Shown here: one piece after another, positions 52,701 through 64,000 of the stretch
Position numbering within the stretch: position 1 is the stretch's first letter
Layout: every line of letters begins with the position of its first letter
Assembly (NCBI RefSeq): GCF_000143415.4
Contig: NW_003314265.1
Coordinates: 3,964,443 to 4,028,442, forward strand
Reading direction: 5' to 3'
DNA from: Selaginella moellendorffii
Taxonomy: Eukaryota > Plantae > Lycopodiophyta
Length of the DNA stretch: 64,000 nt
Notes under the pieces: model-generated
What the model was told of the DNA's origin: nothing
What the model saw: only the letters and a program-made list of their open reading frames with translations
Databases searched by the model: none
Position numbers and translations under genes: made by a program

Positions 52701-53754
52701 TCGGGACCGAGACCGAGACCGAGGCCGAGCCTAAGTCCAAGTCCGAGTCCGGAGCCTGAGAGGGTGAAAGCCCAAAGCGTTCGTCTCCCAGACCCTGGGG
52801 GGTTTGGTGAGCTCCAAAAGTATAGTAGGGGGAGGACTGCAGTGGAGCCAGTTTGGCCAGGAAAGGCCAGTTTGGCCCAGGAAGGCCGGACCCAGTGTTG
52901 GGTGATGAGCTGCTCACTGGGAAGTCCAAGACTAGAGTGAACACAGACCGACAAGCGGGGTAGCTTGGTGAAGTGTTCAAGAGCCGGCTCTAGTTCCCCC
53001 GGGAGATCGACTGGCCGATGCTCCCAGTCCAAGTGTGGGTGGCACTACCTACTTGGATACCTGGTGTGGCTCAACGGAACCCGCTCTAAGCCCATGGCTA
53101 GAGCACCCAAGGGCAGAAGGCGAGGAGAGTACCCAGGTGGCTCGCGTAAGGCCACGGTGTTCCGAAATGTTGTCCCAAAGGCCCAGACTGTGGAAAGGAA
53201 GAGGAGCAGTCCTCTGAGGTAGTGACCAAGGACACAATCGTGTGGTGAGGAAGTCCCAGAGGACCGTGGGACTTAGTGGCCGGGCCTGTGGGTCTCGATC
53301 CAGTGGCAGTGTTGGCAAACACGGCCAGGGGCAGAAAGGGACTTAGTGGGGACTGACAGAGGGATATTGGGGAAGGCTATTCCCCTTGTCGGTGGGCATC
53401 CTAAGGATGCTAAGGAGTGGATCTGAGATGACCACTCATGGATGGTTTGCCTAGTCTTGGAGAGCCAAGACGGTGATGCAAGTGGTATTGGACTACCAGT
53501 GTGGCAAAGGTGATTGGGCATGGCCTTAGCGTAACGGGCTGTTATGTCGGTGATACCTTTGAGTGTCGGTCGTGGGATCGGACACGTGGAGCACTTGGAC
53601 CAAGTGCAAATGTTGAGTGGCATGGATACCATTCTTGGGGCTAGCAAGTCCCAAGTCCTGGATTGGACTTATGGAGGTTGTGAATGAGACTCCTCCAAGT
53701 GGTCAGAGGGGTGGTTAAGTGACTAAAGTAGAATGGAAAATTTAGTCGCTTACA
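46062..53754 (+). mobile_element. family A LTR retrotransposon A2, nested between the two transposon genes
   Basis: LTRs at 46062-47880 and 51990-53754; GATGC TSD; PBS at 47884-47895. Confidence 0.93.
50365..50480 (+). other. five-hairpin cluster with two GGTTCGAGTCCC T-loop/B-box motifs in the A2 internal region
   Basis: Homologous to 21634-21750; both T-loop motifs are intact here. Confidence 0.55.
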
Positions 53755-54990
53755 GATGCAAGCGTGAGCGCGAATACGAAGCAAAATGCAAAACCTAACC
53801 TCACACGCGCGAAATGTCACAACGGTTGGTAATCCCGCCATGTCATCATTCCTCGGACTTGGGCGCCACCATTAATTTCTGGATTGCCGCGCACATGCAA
53901 GCACGCAAAATCCAAAAGAAATCCGCAACGTCATCATTCCTCGGACTGCATGCACGCGAAATCCAAAAGAAAGATCATGATTGGGATATCATTTAATACC
54001 CTCGCTATATTTATACCATGCATGATTGGATATTCCAAAGCATCTTGTATTTCCAAAAATGGCAGATGTTCAGCTAAATAAAGAAATTCTATCTGTTTCT
54101 ATTTTTCTCTCAAATCAATATTATAGCGTGTGGGCTCATGCAATTTTGAACCAAAGAAACCCAAAAAACGTTGGACCCAAAATATTTTGAAAAAACCCAA
54201 AAAACCCTAAACATTTTAAACCCAAAAATCCAGGCATCCTGTGGCGTTATTCCTTGAATGGCATGTGGGCGCATGCCATTTTCAGGGCCAAATGCTGAAT
54301 GGAGAAAAATTCCCTTTCAGTGCAAATGTTGCAAAAGGCAGATGCCAAGCACAAAGGACTGTAACTACCTCACATGACACAGATAAACTTTTCTCTATTT
54401 GGCAAAGATAAACTTTATAGCGTGTGGGCTCATGCAATTTTGAACCCAAAAAATGCACCAAAAAATTCTCGGCGTCATCTGGCGTTATCTCTTGAATGGC
54501 GTGGGGCCGCATGCCATTTTCAGAGGCACATAGGAGTATATTCCTAAAATATTCTGACACACGCGAGATTTTTTTGAGTTTTCTGGAGATCCAACCGTTA
54601 GATCGCAACTAGATTTTACAGAATGGTATACAATGTCCTTGTTGATGACCCTGCAAAGAAGCATTTCGATCGGACACCACATGAGACCACACGAGCCTTA
54701 CAATGTTTCAGGGGTATTTGCCATAGATCCGACCGTTATTTTGCTCCAAGATTTTACAATTTGGTGTGCATTGACCTTTCCATCGACATTGCAAAGGGAC
54801 ATCACAATCAGATGCGGGATCACAAGAAACTAACTTCACTAACTCTGGTTTCACCAAGATCTACATAAGGAGTTATGAAATGAAAGGACCCTCTCTATTG
54901 AAATGTGTTTATGGTCCTAGGGGCATTGTGACATATCAAAGGATTTTACATCAAGTTCTGTATTTATATGTTTATCAAGCTACTGAATTG

Positions 54991-55017
54991 CTAAACCCTA
55001 AACCGTAAACCCTAAAC
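54991..55017. repeat. short plant telomere-like (CCCTAAA) tract / telo-box
   Basis: CTAAACCCTAAACCGTAAACCCTAAAC in the transposon intergenic region. Confidence 0.6.
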
Positions 55018-56311
55018 ATGTGGCAAATGCTGCGTGAAGAAAGATGCCCTTTCTGGGCAAATGCTGTAAGAGGCAGATGCCGAGCAGATGTATCTCAGGC
55101 TAGTGAAGGGGACAAACGAAAGCTAGCTATAAACATGACGGGATGCAAATAGATTACTAGGCTGGTCCTGCGAAAATCAAAAACCATAATTGAAAACATT
55201 GAAAATGCAAAAAGAAAGGTTTATAATATTTTTGAATTTTAAGCAACCAAAGGAATGTAAGTAGGGCATGTGTTTGTAAGTTTAAAAATGCCTCAACCAC
55301 TTAAATTCCCAAGTAAATAAAGCTGTTTCTATTTTTGGTACAAGTAAACTTTATAGCGTGTGGGCTCATGCAATTTTGAACCCAAAAATGCACCAAAAAA
55401 TGCTCGACTAGCATTATTCTTTGAATGGCGTGTGGCCTTATATTGCCATAAATGGACGTACACACACAGCATAATTATTCCTTTACACGGCAAATAATCT
55501 TGGCACGGATCGCTGACATGGCATGGCAAAGTTCGAATCACTGACATGGCACAGCTGGATCGAGGCAAGGACATGATGTGACAAAGTTCAACCTCCGACA
55601 GAAAAGTCTAGAAGCTACTCAGTTTGAAATTTGTCAGAGGAATCATAAAATTTGGTTTGTCAGAGGATTTGATGTGACGTTCAAGCGTGTGTTATTTTTG
55701 AATTCTCGAACTCATTCCTAGGTCTATCATTTTTGTGCACCGTGTTCTTGGTTCCGCTGAGCGCAGTGAGCGCTGCTTGTGTAAGCGGCGTTGTGGGCTG
55801 TGGTTTATGCGTCTACGAGCGGTTGCGGCATTGCGAGCGCCATTGCGAGCAGCAGTTTATGCGAGTGGCAGTTTGTGCGAGCGGCGCTACAAGCAGTTGC
55901 GGTGTTGCGAGCGGCGCTACAAGTAGTTGCGGTGTTGCGAGCGGCACTGTCTTTGGTGTGGCTACCGCTTCCTCTTGATATTCGGCACTTGTGCTTCCTG
56001 GTATGTTCACCATGGAATGGCTTAGGACCACATTTAGAAATGGCATGAGGCCACATGCCATCTTGGGCCTTTGCAATTTCATGGCTAGCGTATTGTTATG
56101 TATGTTTTTACTTGCCTGCAGCTGTGTGTATATCAAGATGGCATGAGGCCTCATGCCAATTTTGTGAATGCGAAATTTCACGTGGGTGTCAATAGCATGT
56201 TTGAATAATGGCATGTGGCCTCATGCTATTGAGGTTGTTTGGTATGTTATGATTTAGGCCATTCTCCAATCATTTTTTGTATGGTCTTAACTTCTTTTCT
56301 GCACTTTCAGA

Positions 56312-59300
56312 ATGGCCTTCAGGGTTGGGGAAAAGGTTTACATTTTGAATGGTGGGAAGAGAGTTGAAAAAGGGACCCTTGTGTCTATGGATCGGAACTT
56401 TGTTATACATTGTCAAAGGCTTGGGGAAGGCAATGCTGCTGTATCAGTAGAGACTGTCTTCGATGGGAATGTGGTCGCTATTGAATGAGGAGAGATGGTC
56501 GTCGGGGTAAATGTTGTTGTTGCCTTGAAAAATCTTCAGAAGAAAGCAGATGTTGGGGACAGCGCAAGTGCGACGCATGTTCCCTCCGTGGATCTTAAGA
56601 ACCGTGCTACATGGATTCAGGCGAAGGTGTTTCTAAACAACCCCGAGGGGGAGGTGGTAGCTGAGGGCTTAGCCACAGTTGTCAATCCAAGAGATGCGGT
56701 TGCTAATCAAGAATTGGGCTGGGATGATATTGGAGTTGCAATTTTAGAGGTTGTTGACACAGAAGAAAACAGTCTGACTATTGGAAGCATTGTGCGGTGG
56801 AAATTGAGGCACTTAGTGTTTGAGAATGTGAAAGATTCACAATCAAACACCACTACAACTGATGACAGAACATCTCTTCATGGGAAAAGAAAGTACACCT
56901 TCCTAAAGCGCAGCCAAAGGGATCTGAGCAACGAACCGAAAAGGCAGAAAATGGCGATGGAGGTTCGAATGGTCTCAACAGTTGCTTGTTGCAAGAGGAG
57001 GTGCTGTCAACATGCTGATTGGGATGCTATTGAAGAGGAGAGAGCAAGATACAAAACATTGTCCTGGAAGGCAGCTCGCAATTTTGTGTATGAGGCATTA
57101 CGGTCATCTGTTGATGCTTCAGAACATCAGGTGGGGGGCATGGTCTTCCAGAGGGGTTTGGTCTGCATGAAGGCATGGAGAATCATTTATGGAGTCCCTC
57201 GAACCACATTCTACAAAATCAAAACTGAGTTCAAGGAACAAAGGGTTCAACAGGCAGTCCATGGGAACGACGGTACGCACAAAACCAGGGGTCATGTTGT
57301 ATATGGAGAGGCAATCTTCAAGAGGTTTGTCGAGACATGTAGCGAGCAGCAACCACATAAAACCCGCCTCTTGGAAGATGGAACACGAAACACCCAACGA
57401 GTTCTCCCTTCCATGTATACCAAGGGGGCCATATTGGAAGATGTGAATCGGGAACTCCAGAGTAATGGCTACAGAAAGCTGAGCCAATCTAGATTTAGTA
57501 GATTGTGGAGCAACAGGTTCAGGGATGTGAGTATAGGAAAGTACTCCAGCTTTTCAAAGTGTGACAAGTGCACTGCTATCAAAATGGCTTTGTCGAAGAA
57601 TTCTTGCAGCGCTCAAGAGCGAGAGATGTTGGTTAGAAGGCGGCTCGACCACAACATCGAGCAGAGAAGCTGCAGGACTGCATATTATCATAACAGGATT
57701 CTCTCCATGGAGAGACCTGACTCTTACCTCTGCATCATCCACGACAAAATGGACCAGAAAAAGACGTGCTTACCTCGACTCAATCCTGCCCCCAAGGCAA
57801 TCTCTTCATCCATGCAGCTGCCTGTGTCTCTGTTTGGCATAATCGCTCATGGGCATGGTGCCCAGAACTATGGGAACTTCTTTGTACCTCTATGGGGTGG
57901 CAGGGGTGCAAACATGATGATTGCGTCCCTAGCAAAACACTTAAGGTCTCTGCAAAGTGCGCAGACTAAGCTGAACGGCCAACCCTTGCATAAGGCCCTT
58001 GTCGATCGAACCCCATACAGGGTTCAGCTGGAGGAGGAGCAAAGGCTTGCAGTATCGCGTGGGGCCCCATGCCATCCCAGTGAATATGTTGGCCGTCAGA
58101 TTGTAGGGTTATCACGTGAGGCCTCATGCCATTCCGACGAGGCTGGTCGCCCGGTGAATGCACAGCCTCATCCAAACGAAGCAGAATCTCAAGGAAGTTC
58201 TTGCGGCTGATGTGGCCTTCCACCCCATCTTCTGCTCCAAACAGACAATGCTGGCAGTGAGAACAAAAACATGTACGTCTTCGCGTACTTGGCGATGCTT
58301 GTTGCCAAAGGCATATTTGAAACGGTTACACTTGGCTTTCTCATGGTTGGGCACACTCATGAAGACGTCGATGCCATGTTCAGTCACCTGGCAGAGTCCC
58401 TCCGGTGATCCAATGTCCTCACCCTCCCACAACTCTACGATGAATTCCAAAATTGCATCAAAGGCACTGTTGAAGTTGCACTTCTGACAGAGGTTCCAGA
58501 CTTTAAGGGGTTTGTAAGAGGCTACATCAGGGACGGATCCGAAATGCTGATTGGCCACTCCAAGCCTCTTCAGTTTCATTTCAGCATGTGTGACGGTGCT
58601 CCAGTGATGAGGTACAAGATGAGAGAATGGGACACAGTGTGGCTGCCAGTGGACAGCATTGAACTCTTCAAGAGAGATCCCATAACTGGGGAACCTATGA
58701 TTCCTCAGGGTTCCCCACGGCCGATGCACCCGGATGGACTCAAAGACCAGGAAAGTATAGTGGCCGGGATTAGACAGCATATTGCCTTCTGGAAGAGGGG
58801 GTTGGTGTTTGGTGGAGAATCCTATTTTCAGAGGTGCAAGCCTTTGCTTGAATACTGGGAGAAGATTATATCTGCTATCCAAAATGGGCCGGTTGTATAT
58901 GAAGAATTGGAAAAGTCCTTTTGGCCAGAACCCAAAGCACCAGATAGTAGCGGAACAATGTCCTCTGGAAATGCAGTGACAGATAACGATGTTGAGGATC
59001 ACTATTGTGGGCCGAGGAACAAGAAGCCGGATTCAGCATTCAATCCAGTACAGGTCTGCAAAGGAATGGTCGTGCTTGTCAGACCCAATAATAAAAAACA
59101 AATGATATGGGTGGGGCACTACATCACTGATGCAGAGGAGGACGCGAAAACTAACTCCTTCAATGTAACTGTGGAGTGGTTCAAGCCAAGTTCTAGATAT
59201 ACGAAGGATTGCCTAGAAAAGAGATGGGTGCTGAATCCAAGGGATCCTAGCATGAGCATATCGGTGGATAATGTTGTGCATGGTTGGATGCAGAAGCAAA

Positions 59301-59453
59301 GTGCCACCATCACCTTGCCAGACCATGCAAGAGATGCAGCAAGAGCATTCATAACCCGGGTTCAAGGTGAGATTCATGAATATTCCTTTACTAAGTTTCT
59401 AATGTATTTTATTTCAAGGTGAACAATCCGAATCTGAATCAGAGGAGGCGTGA
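56312..59453 (+). pseudogene. Sola1-like transposase of copy 2, inactivated by three CGA>TGA stops
   Basis: Collinear with 206-3347. TGA at 56486, 58208 and 58406 where copy 1 has CGA (380, 2102, 2300). Predicted 5' UTR intron at 56001-56310. Confidence 0.88.
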
Positions 59454-60091
59454 TGGCATATGGCCTTACGCCATTCCTAGGTGAGATGATACAAATAACA
59501 AATATAAATTCTTAGTTGTTCTAGCAAATCTTACTTAAAGTTCAAGGTGAACAAGCCGAATATGAATTCATCGGATTGTTATAACAAATTGCGAGGTGAT
59601 GGCATGAGGCGATACGCCATTTGAGAGTGGTAGCCATTCCTATATGAGGTGAGTGAAGTATTTATTAGAAATACCTCATTCAATTGTGCACTTCTAAGTC
59701 TTGGTCCACTTAGTACTGTTTGCATGTTTTTATTTTAATTCTTTCTCTAAAATGTTATTTAGCATGTGGCTTCATGCCATTGCTCTCCACAATCATGCAT
59801 TGAATTTCTATCCTTGCATAATACTTCTCCATATATATAGTATGTGCGCACATGTGATATGGTTCATTAGGCCTGATATAGTGTGTGAGGTAAAACAAAG
59901 ATGATGTGACATATGCATTTACCAATCACACGTGCATAAATCTAATAATATGGCATATGGCCCATATTAATGGCACATAAACCCATATTGTGGGCTTACG
60001 TGCTTTATGTACCATCATTCCCTTGCAGCGTGTGTGTTGGTTTCCTTTTATAACACAACGAACTCCATATTTTAGGGTGAAGAGCGTTCTC

Positions 60092-60349
60092 ATGGCAAGC
60101 ACAAAATCTGTAAGTGAGGCAGAAAAGGAGACGGAGAAGGAGATAGGTGAAGATGTAGAATATATAAGTCTTCCAAACTCCCCATACTATACTCTAGGTG
60201 ATCATTTTTCTGAACAAACGGCAACATTAACAACTATCGAGAACGCCCCAGTAACGTCAGAGACAACAATCCAAAGCAAAACAACTGACCCGGAGAAGGA
60301 TGATAGTACCGCTGAGAGTACCAAAAAGGAGGTGTCCACTAGCGCTTAG
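60092..60349 (+). CDS. small acidic ORF, copy 2
   Basis: Same as 3563-3820 apart from one P>L change. Confidence 0.3.
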   Translation: MASTKSVSEAEKETEKEIGEDVEYISLPNSPYYTLGDHFSEQTATLTTIENAPVTSETTIQSKTTDPEKDDSTAESTKKEVSTSA

Positions 60350-60985
60350 GCTTATAATGGCGTGTGCCTTCATGCCATTTACTTGATCACCAAATACCTT
60401 TTTCCCTTTGCACTAGTATATCTTAATACCGGTCTGAGAAATAGAATGGCATGTGCCCTCAGGCCTTTTACTAAATCACCTTTGAAAGAAATGCAAGCCT
60501 CTATGTCGTAAAAAAAAGGTACTAGATAAATTCCTTAATAATATGAATGTTATTTAGTTTCATGAAAATACACTAAGGGTCAAATGAGTTAAATGACTTC
60601 TCCAGACTAGCAATGCCTCTTGCTACACCTTCACAATTAGATTCGTTAGAAAAAGATAACATTGAATAATATCTAAATGTTCTCACCATTAAGTTATATG
60701 TCTGGCTAATAGGAATGACGTTCATCTTGGAAAGCTCACCACACGCTCAATGAACAAACAAATAGTGTGTGCGCGCATGCCATCGCTCTTCTTTAGCTTC
60801 AGATTCGGCTTGTTCACCTTGACAATGAGATTTATTATACAACCAGATGGACACAGTTTGGATATAAAGTCACCGCGCTAGTCACCATGCCCCAGATATG
60901 TCTAGCCCCTGGACAAAAAACATATAATTTCACGTCATTTTCAAATACTTGAAAATTTGTACCTAGTCCCATTTTACTGAATAAA

Positions 60986-61009
60986 TCCCACTTTAACGAA
61001 ATAGAGCTT
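60986..61009. repeat. right TIR of transposon copy 2
   Basis: TCCCACTTTAACGAAATAGAGCTT followed by the TCAA TSD. Confidence 0.92.
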
Positions 61010-62101
61010 TCAAGTAGTAATAGTAAAGTTCTCTAGAAAAGAATTAAGCATTGTAACCCAAGTCTTCCAATAGTAAGCTTAAACAAGATGGTATAACACT
61101 TCATCACTATCCATCCCACCACTCACCATTTGTAAGACCATCATTTCCAATATGCATCAAGGTAAGGACTTTTAATTGCATATTGTGAATATGAGTAATG
61201 AGTCACACCTTGTTGCAAATTATTTCTTTAAGAAAAGAAAATGATTTACATGTTTGATCCTTTGTCCTTGAGGACTCTTTTTCTGATCTCATCTTTGACT
61301 AAACCTTAAGCTTGCTTTAGTCTAATTTAAGAAAAGTTTATAAGAGAGCACGGCAATAACTACTAAAACTAATAGACTAATCCCTATAGTCTTGATTGAT
61401 CCACTTGTAATCATGCATAGGAAGGATCCACTAGAATCGTGATAAACAGCTACGAACCAACCTATTTGCCACTCATAGCAAACCTAAGAGAGGTTTATTT
61501 TTACCAACAGTACATGGAACAATTATGGGGAATTTTTTTCATGGAAAAAAATTTGAACCACTAATAGGCTAACATTAATCCTGCCAACTCAAAGTGTAAT
61601 CTTGAGTTACTAATGTGCTTCTTTCATGAGCCCAAATGCAAACTCGTGCTAATGTGCTTCACTCACAACACTAAGTGCAAACTCGTGCAAACAAAGCATC
61701 TCAATTTATCCTATGAGCCCAAGAGGAAGCTCACACAATATGGTACAAAAAGGTAATCAAAATCCATACCCAAAGAATAAATGTGAAGTCTTAGCACCCA
61801 AACGTGTACCCACTTGGATCATCATTTTCATCTTTGCATATGCAACGAAATTAATTGCCCAATTTCATTGGATAGTACTCGTCAAGACTCATCCTCTGAT
61901 ACCAAATGTAGCATACGTGGTTTTTACCCTTTATCCTATGGTGATTTACGATAGGATAATCACAAAGTAAAACCTAAACCCTTTATGTGCCACGTGTCAT
62001 ATGCCATATGTCACATATCATGTGTCCAAAGGACAGTGGTGTGGAACCTAAGTTTCAGGGCCTTGGGCCATTGAACAAAGGAACGGTGCTAAACTTCTAA
62101 G

Positions 62102-64000
62102 TGTGAGACACAAAATCCCTAGGCCCCAAAGTGGAGCCGGAAGGGTGCCATGTGGTAGTGGCCGAAGCGAAAGCCAAACGAGTGTGACACGTTTGAACCA
62201 AAAGCTCCGACTTGAAAGGTCGAGAGCGGGAGTGGGGCTCGAGGAACGAGTACAAAGCAAACAATAAGTGAGGCTCCAAAAAGGGACCCAAAAGGACCAA
62301 CACGTGACACGTGGATGAGTCCGAGATGGACCGAGACAAAATTTGAGATGGACCGAGACAAAGTCTGAGACAGAGTCCGAGATGGAGTCCGAGATGGAGT
62401 CCGAGGTGGACCGAGATGGAGTCCGAGATGGAGTCCGAGATGGACCCGAGATGGAGTCCGAGATGGAGTCCGAGATGGACCAAGACGAAATCCAAGATAG
62501 AGTCCGAGATAGACCCAGACGAAGTCCAAGATGGAGTCCGAGATGGACCCGAGATGGAATCCGAGATGGAGTCCGAAAAGGACCCGATATGGAGTCCGAG
62601 GTCGAGATCGAGACTGGGACCGAGACCGAGAATGAGACCAAGACCAAGTTCGAGACCGAGCCCGAGTCCGAGTCCGAGTCCGAGTCCGAGTCCGAGTCTG
62701 AGTCCGAGTCTGAGTCCGAGTTCGAGTCTGAGAGGTGAAAGCCCAAAGCGTTCGTCTCCCAGACCCTAGGGGGTTTGGTGAGCTCCAAAAGTATAGTAGG
62801 GGGAGGACTGCAGTGGAGTCAGTTTGGCCAGGAAAGGCCAGTTTGGCCTAGGAAGGCTGTACCCAGTGTTGGGTGATGAGCTGCCCACTGGAAAGCCAAG
62901 ACTAGAGTGAACACAGACTGACAAGCGGGGTAGCTTGGTGAAGTGTTCAAAAGCCGACTCTAGTTCCCCCGGGAGATCGACTGGCTGATGCTCCCAATCC
63001 AAGTGTGGGTGGCACTACCTACTTGGATATTAGGCGTGGCTCAACGGAACCTCGCTCTAAGCCCATGGCTAGAGCACCCAAAGGTGGAAGGCAGGGAGAG
63101 TACCCACGGGGATCGCGTAAAGCCACGGTGTTCCGAAATGTTGTCCCAAAGGCCCAGATTGTGGAAAGGAAGAGGAGTAGTCCTTTGGTGTAGTGACCAA
63201 GGATATAGTCATGTGGTGAGGAAGTCCCAAAGGACTGTGGGACTTAGTGGTCGGGCCTATAGGCCTTGATCCAGTAGTAATGTTGGCAAACATGGCCATG
63301 GGCAGAAAGGGACTTGGTGGGGACCAGAAAGGGGATATTGGGGAAGGCTATTCCCCATGTCTATGGGCATCCTAAGGATGTTAAGGAGTGGATCTGGGAT
63401 GATCACTCATGGACGGATGGCCCAATCTTTGAGAGATGGGACTGTGGTGTAGGTGGTGTCAAACCACCGGTGTGACCAAGGTGAATGGGCATGGCTTTAG
63501 CATAACAGGCCGATGTGTCGGTGGTGCCTTGGGGTGTCGGTCATGGGATCGGACACATGGAGCACTTGGACCAAGTGCAAAGGTTGAATGGCGGGGATGC
63601 CATTCTCGGGGCTAGCAAGCCCAAGTCCAAAATAGGACTTATGGAGGTTGTGAGTGAGACTCCTCCAAGTGGTTGGAGGTGTGATTAAGTGACTAAAGTA
63701 GAATGGAAAAATTTAGTCGTTTACAACTTGGTATCGGAGCTGTTCCTTAGTTCGACTTTTATTGGTGCTCAAGTATATCACTATTGATGTTGGCATCGGA
63801 AGGTTCGAGGAGTGGGCCTATCCTCGAGGAGTACTAGGTCAGGAAGACATGGCTCTCCATTACAATTCATGTGTGAACTTGTAGACAAAGTGGTGGATAG
63901 AAAAGGGCCAATAATGGAACGACTTTGGGATCTTGGGAACAGTGCAAGGTTTTCCTCATTGAGTTGAGTATGTGATCCAAATGAGCGTTTGACTCAGCAA
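62102..64000 (+). mobile_element. family A LTR retrotransposon A3 (runs off the window)
   Basis: 5' LTR at 62102-63725, PBS at 63729-63740, internal sequence as in A1 and A2. Inserted in the B0 5' LTR. Confidence 0.88.

Larger units (their letters stand above)
39740..60783. repeat. dispersed 22-bp palindrome family ATGGCRTGWGGCCWCAYGCCAT (~29 copies in copy 2)
   Basis: Examples start at 40030, 41099, 41174, 42419, 42610, 42751, 44223, 45500, 45560, 45637, 54123, 54258, 54417, 54496, 55353, 55425, 56040, 56138, 56208, 58111, 59453, 59599, 60357 and 60446. Matching sites occur in copy 1; none seen in the nested LTR element. Confidence 0.9.
39644..61009 (+). mobile_element. complete Sola1-like DNA transposon, copy 2, with a divergent cargo gene
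   Basis: Perfect 24-bp TIRs AAGCTCTATTTCGTTAAAGTGGGA at 39644-39667 and 60986-61009. TCAA TSD at 39640-39643 and 61010-61013. The flanks rejoin into contiguous family B sequence (compare the reverse complement of ~27321-27410). Confidence 0.93.

Noticed and set aside
54991-55017. Chromosome end or interstitial telomere
   Set aside because: Only about three imperfect units, inside a transposon; better read as a telo-box.
39740-60783. Palindromic repeats as a CRISPR array or MITE family
   Set aside because: Irregular spacing, no uniform spacers, no cas genes and a eukaryotic context; no consistent TSDs around individual palindromes.

Overview
Repeat-dense eukaryotic (land-plant) DNA with no ordinary host gene. 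Introns of 47-57 nt, tRNA-iMet PBSs and CCCTAAA repeats suggest a lycophyte such as Selaginella (inference). The main feature is two copies of one large DNA transposon. Copy 1 is cut by the window edge (1-4480, transposase ORF intact). Copy 2 is complete (39644-61009; 24-bp TIRs, TCAA target duplication, about 13.7 kb once a nested LTR element is removed). The element carries a Sola1-like DDD transposase. Divergent from it is an 11-exon cargo gene that I reconstruct as a protein of about 1,560-1,630 aa: ParB/Srx-like domain, degenerate amino-DNA-methyltransferase-like fold, acidic and Pro-rich linkers, and an FCP1-like HAD phosphatase domain. About 29 copies of a 22-bp palindrome (ATGGCRTGWGGCCWCAYGCCAT) are spread through copy 2, mostly in introns and intergenic DNA, and I found the motif nowhere outside the two transposon copies. 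This is a candidate self-recognition or anti-silencing (ParB/parS-like) system. The rest of the window is a nest of two apparently non-coding LTR families (A and B, three copies each), a decayed chromoviral Ty3/Gypsy carrying a 600-bp TRIM, an hAT remnant, a Crinkler/RHS-type NTPase-nuclease gene with a premature stop, and a 480-N assembly gap. All domain calls are by-eye motif recognition; no searches were run.
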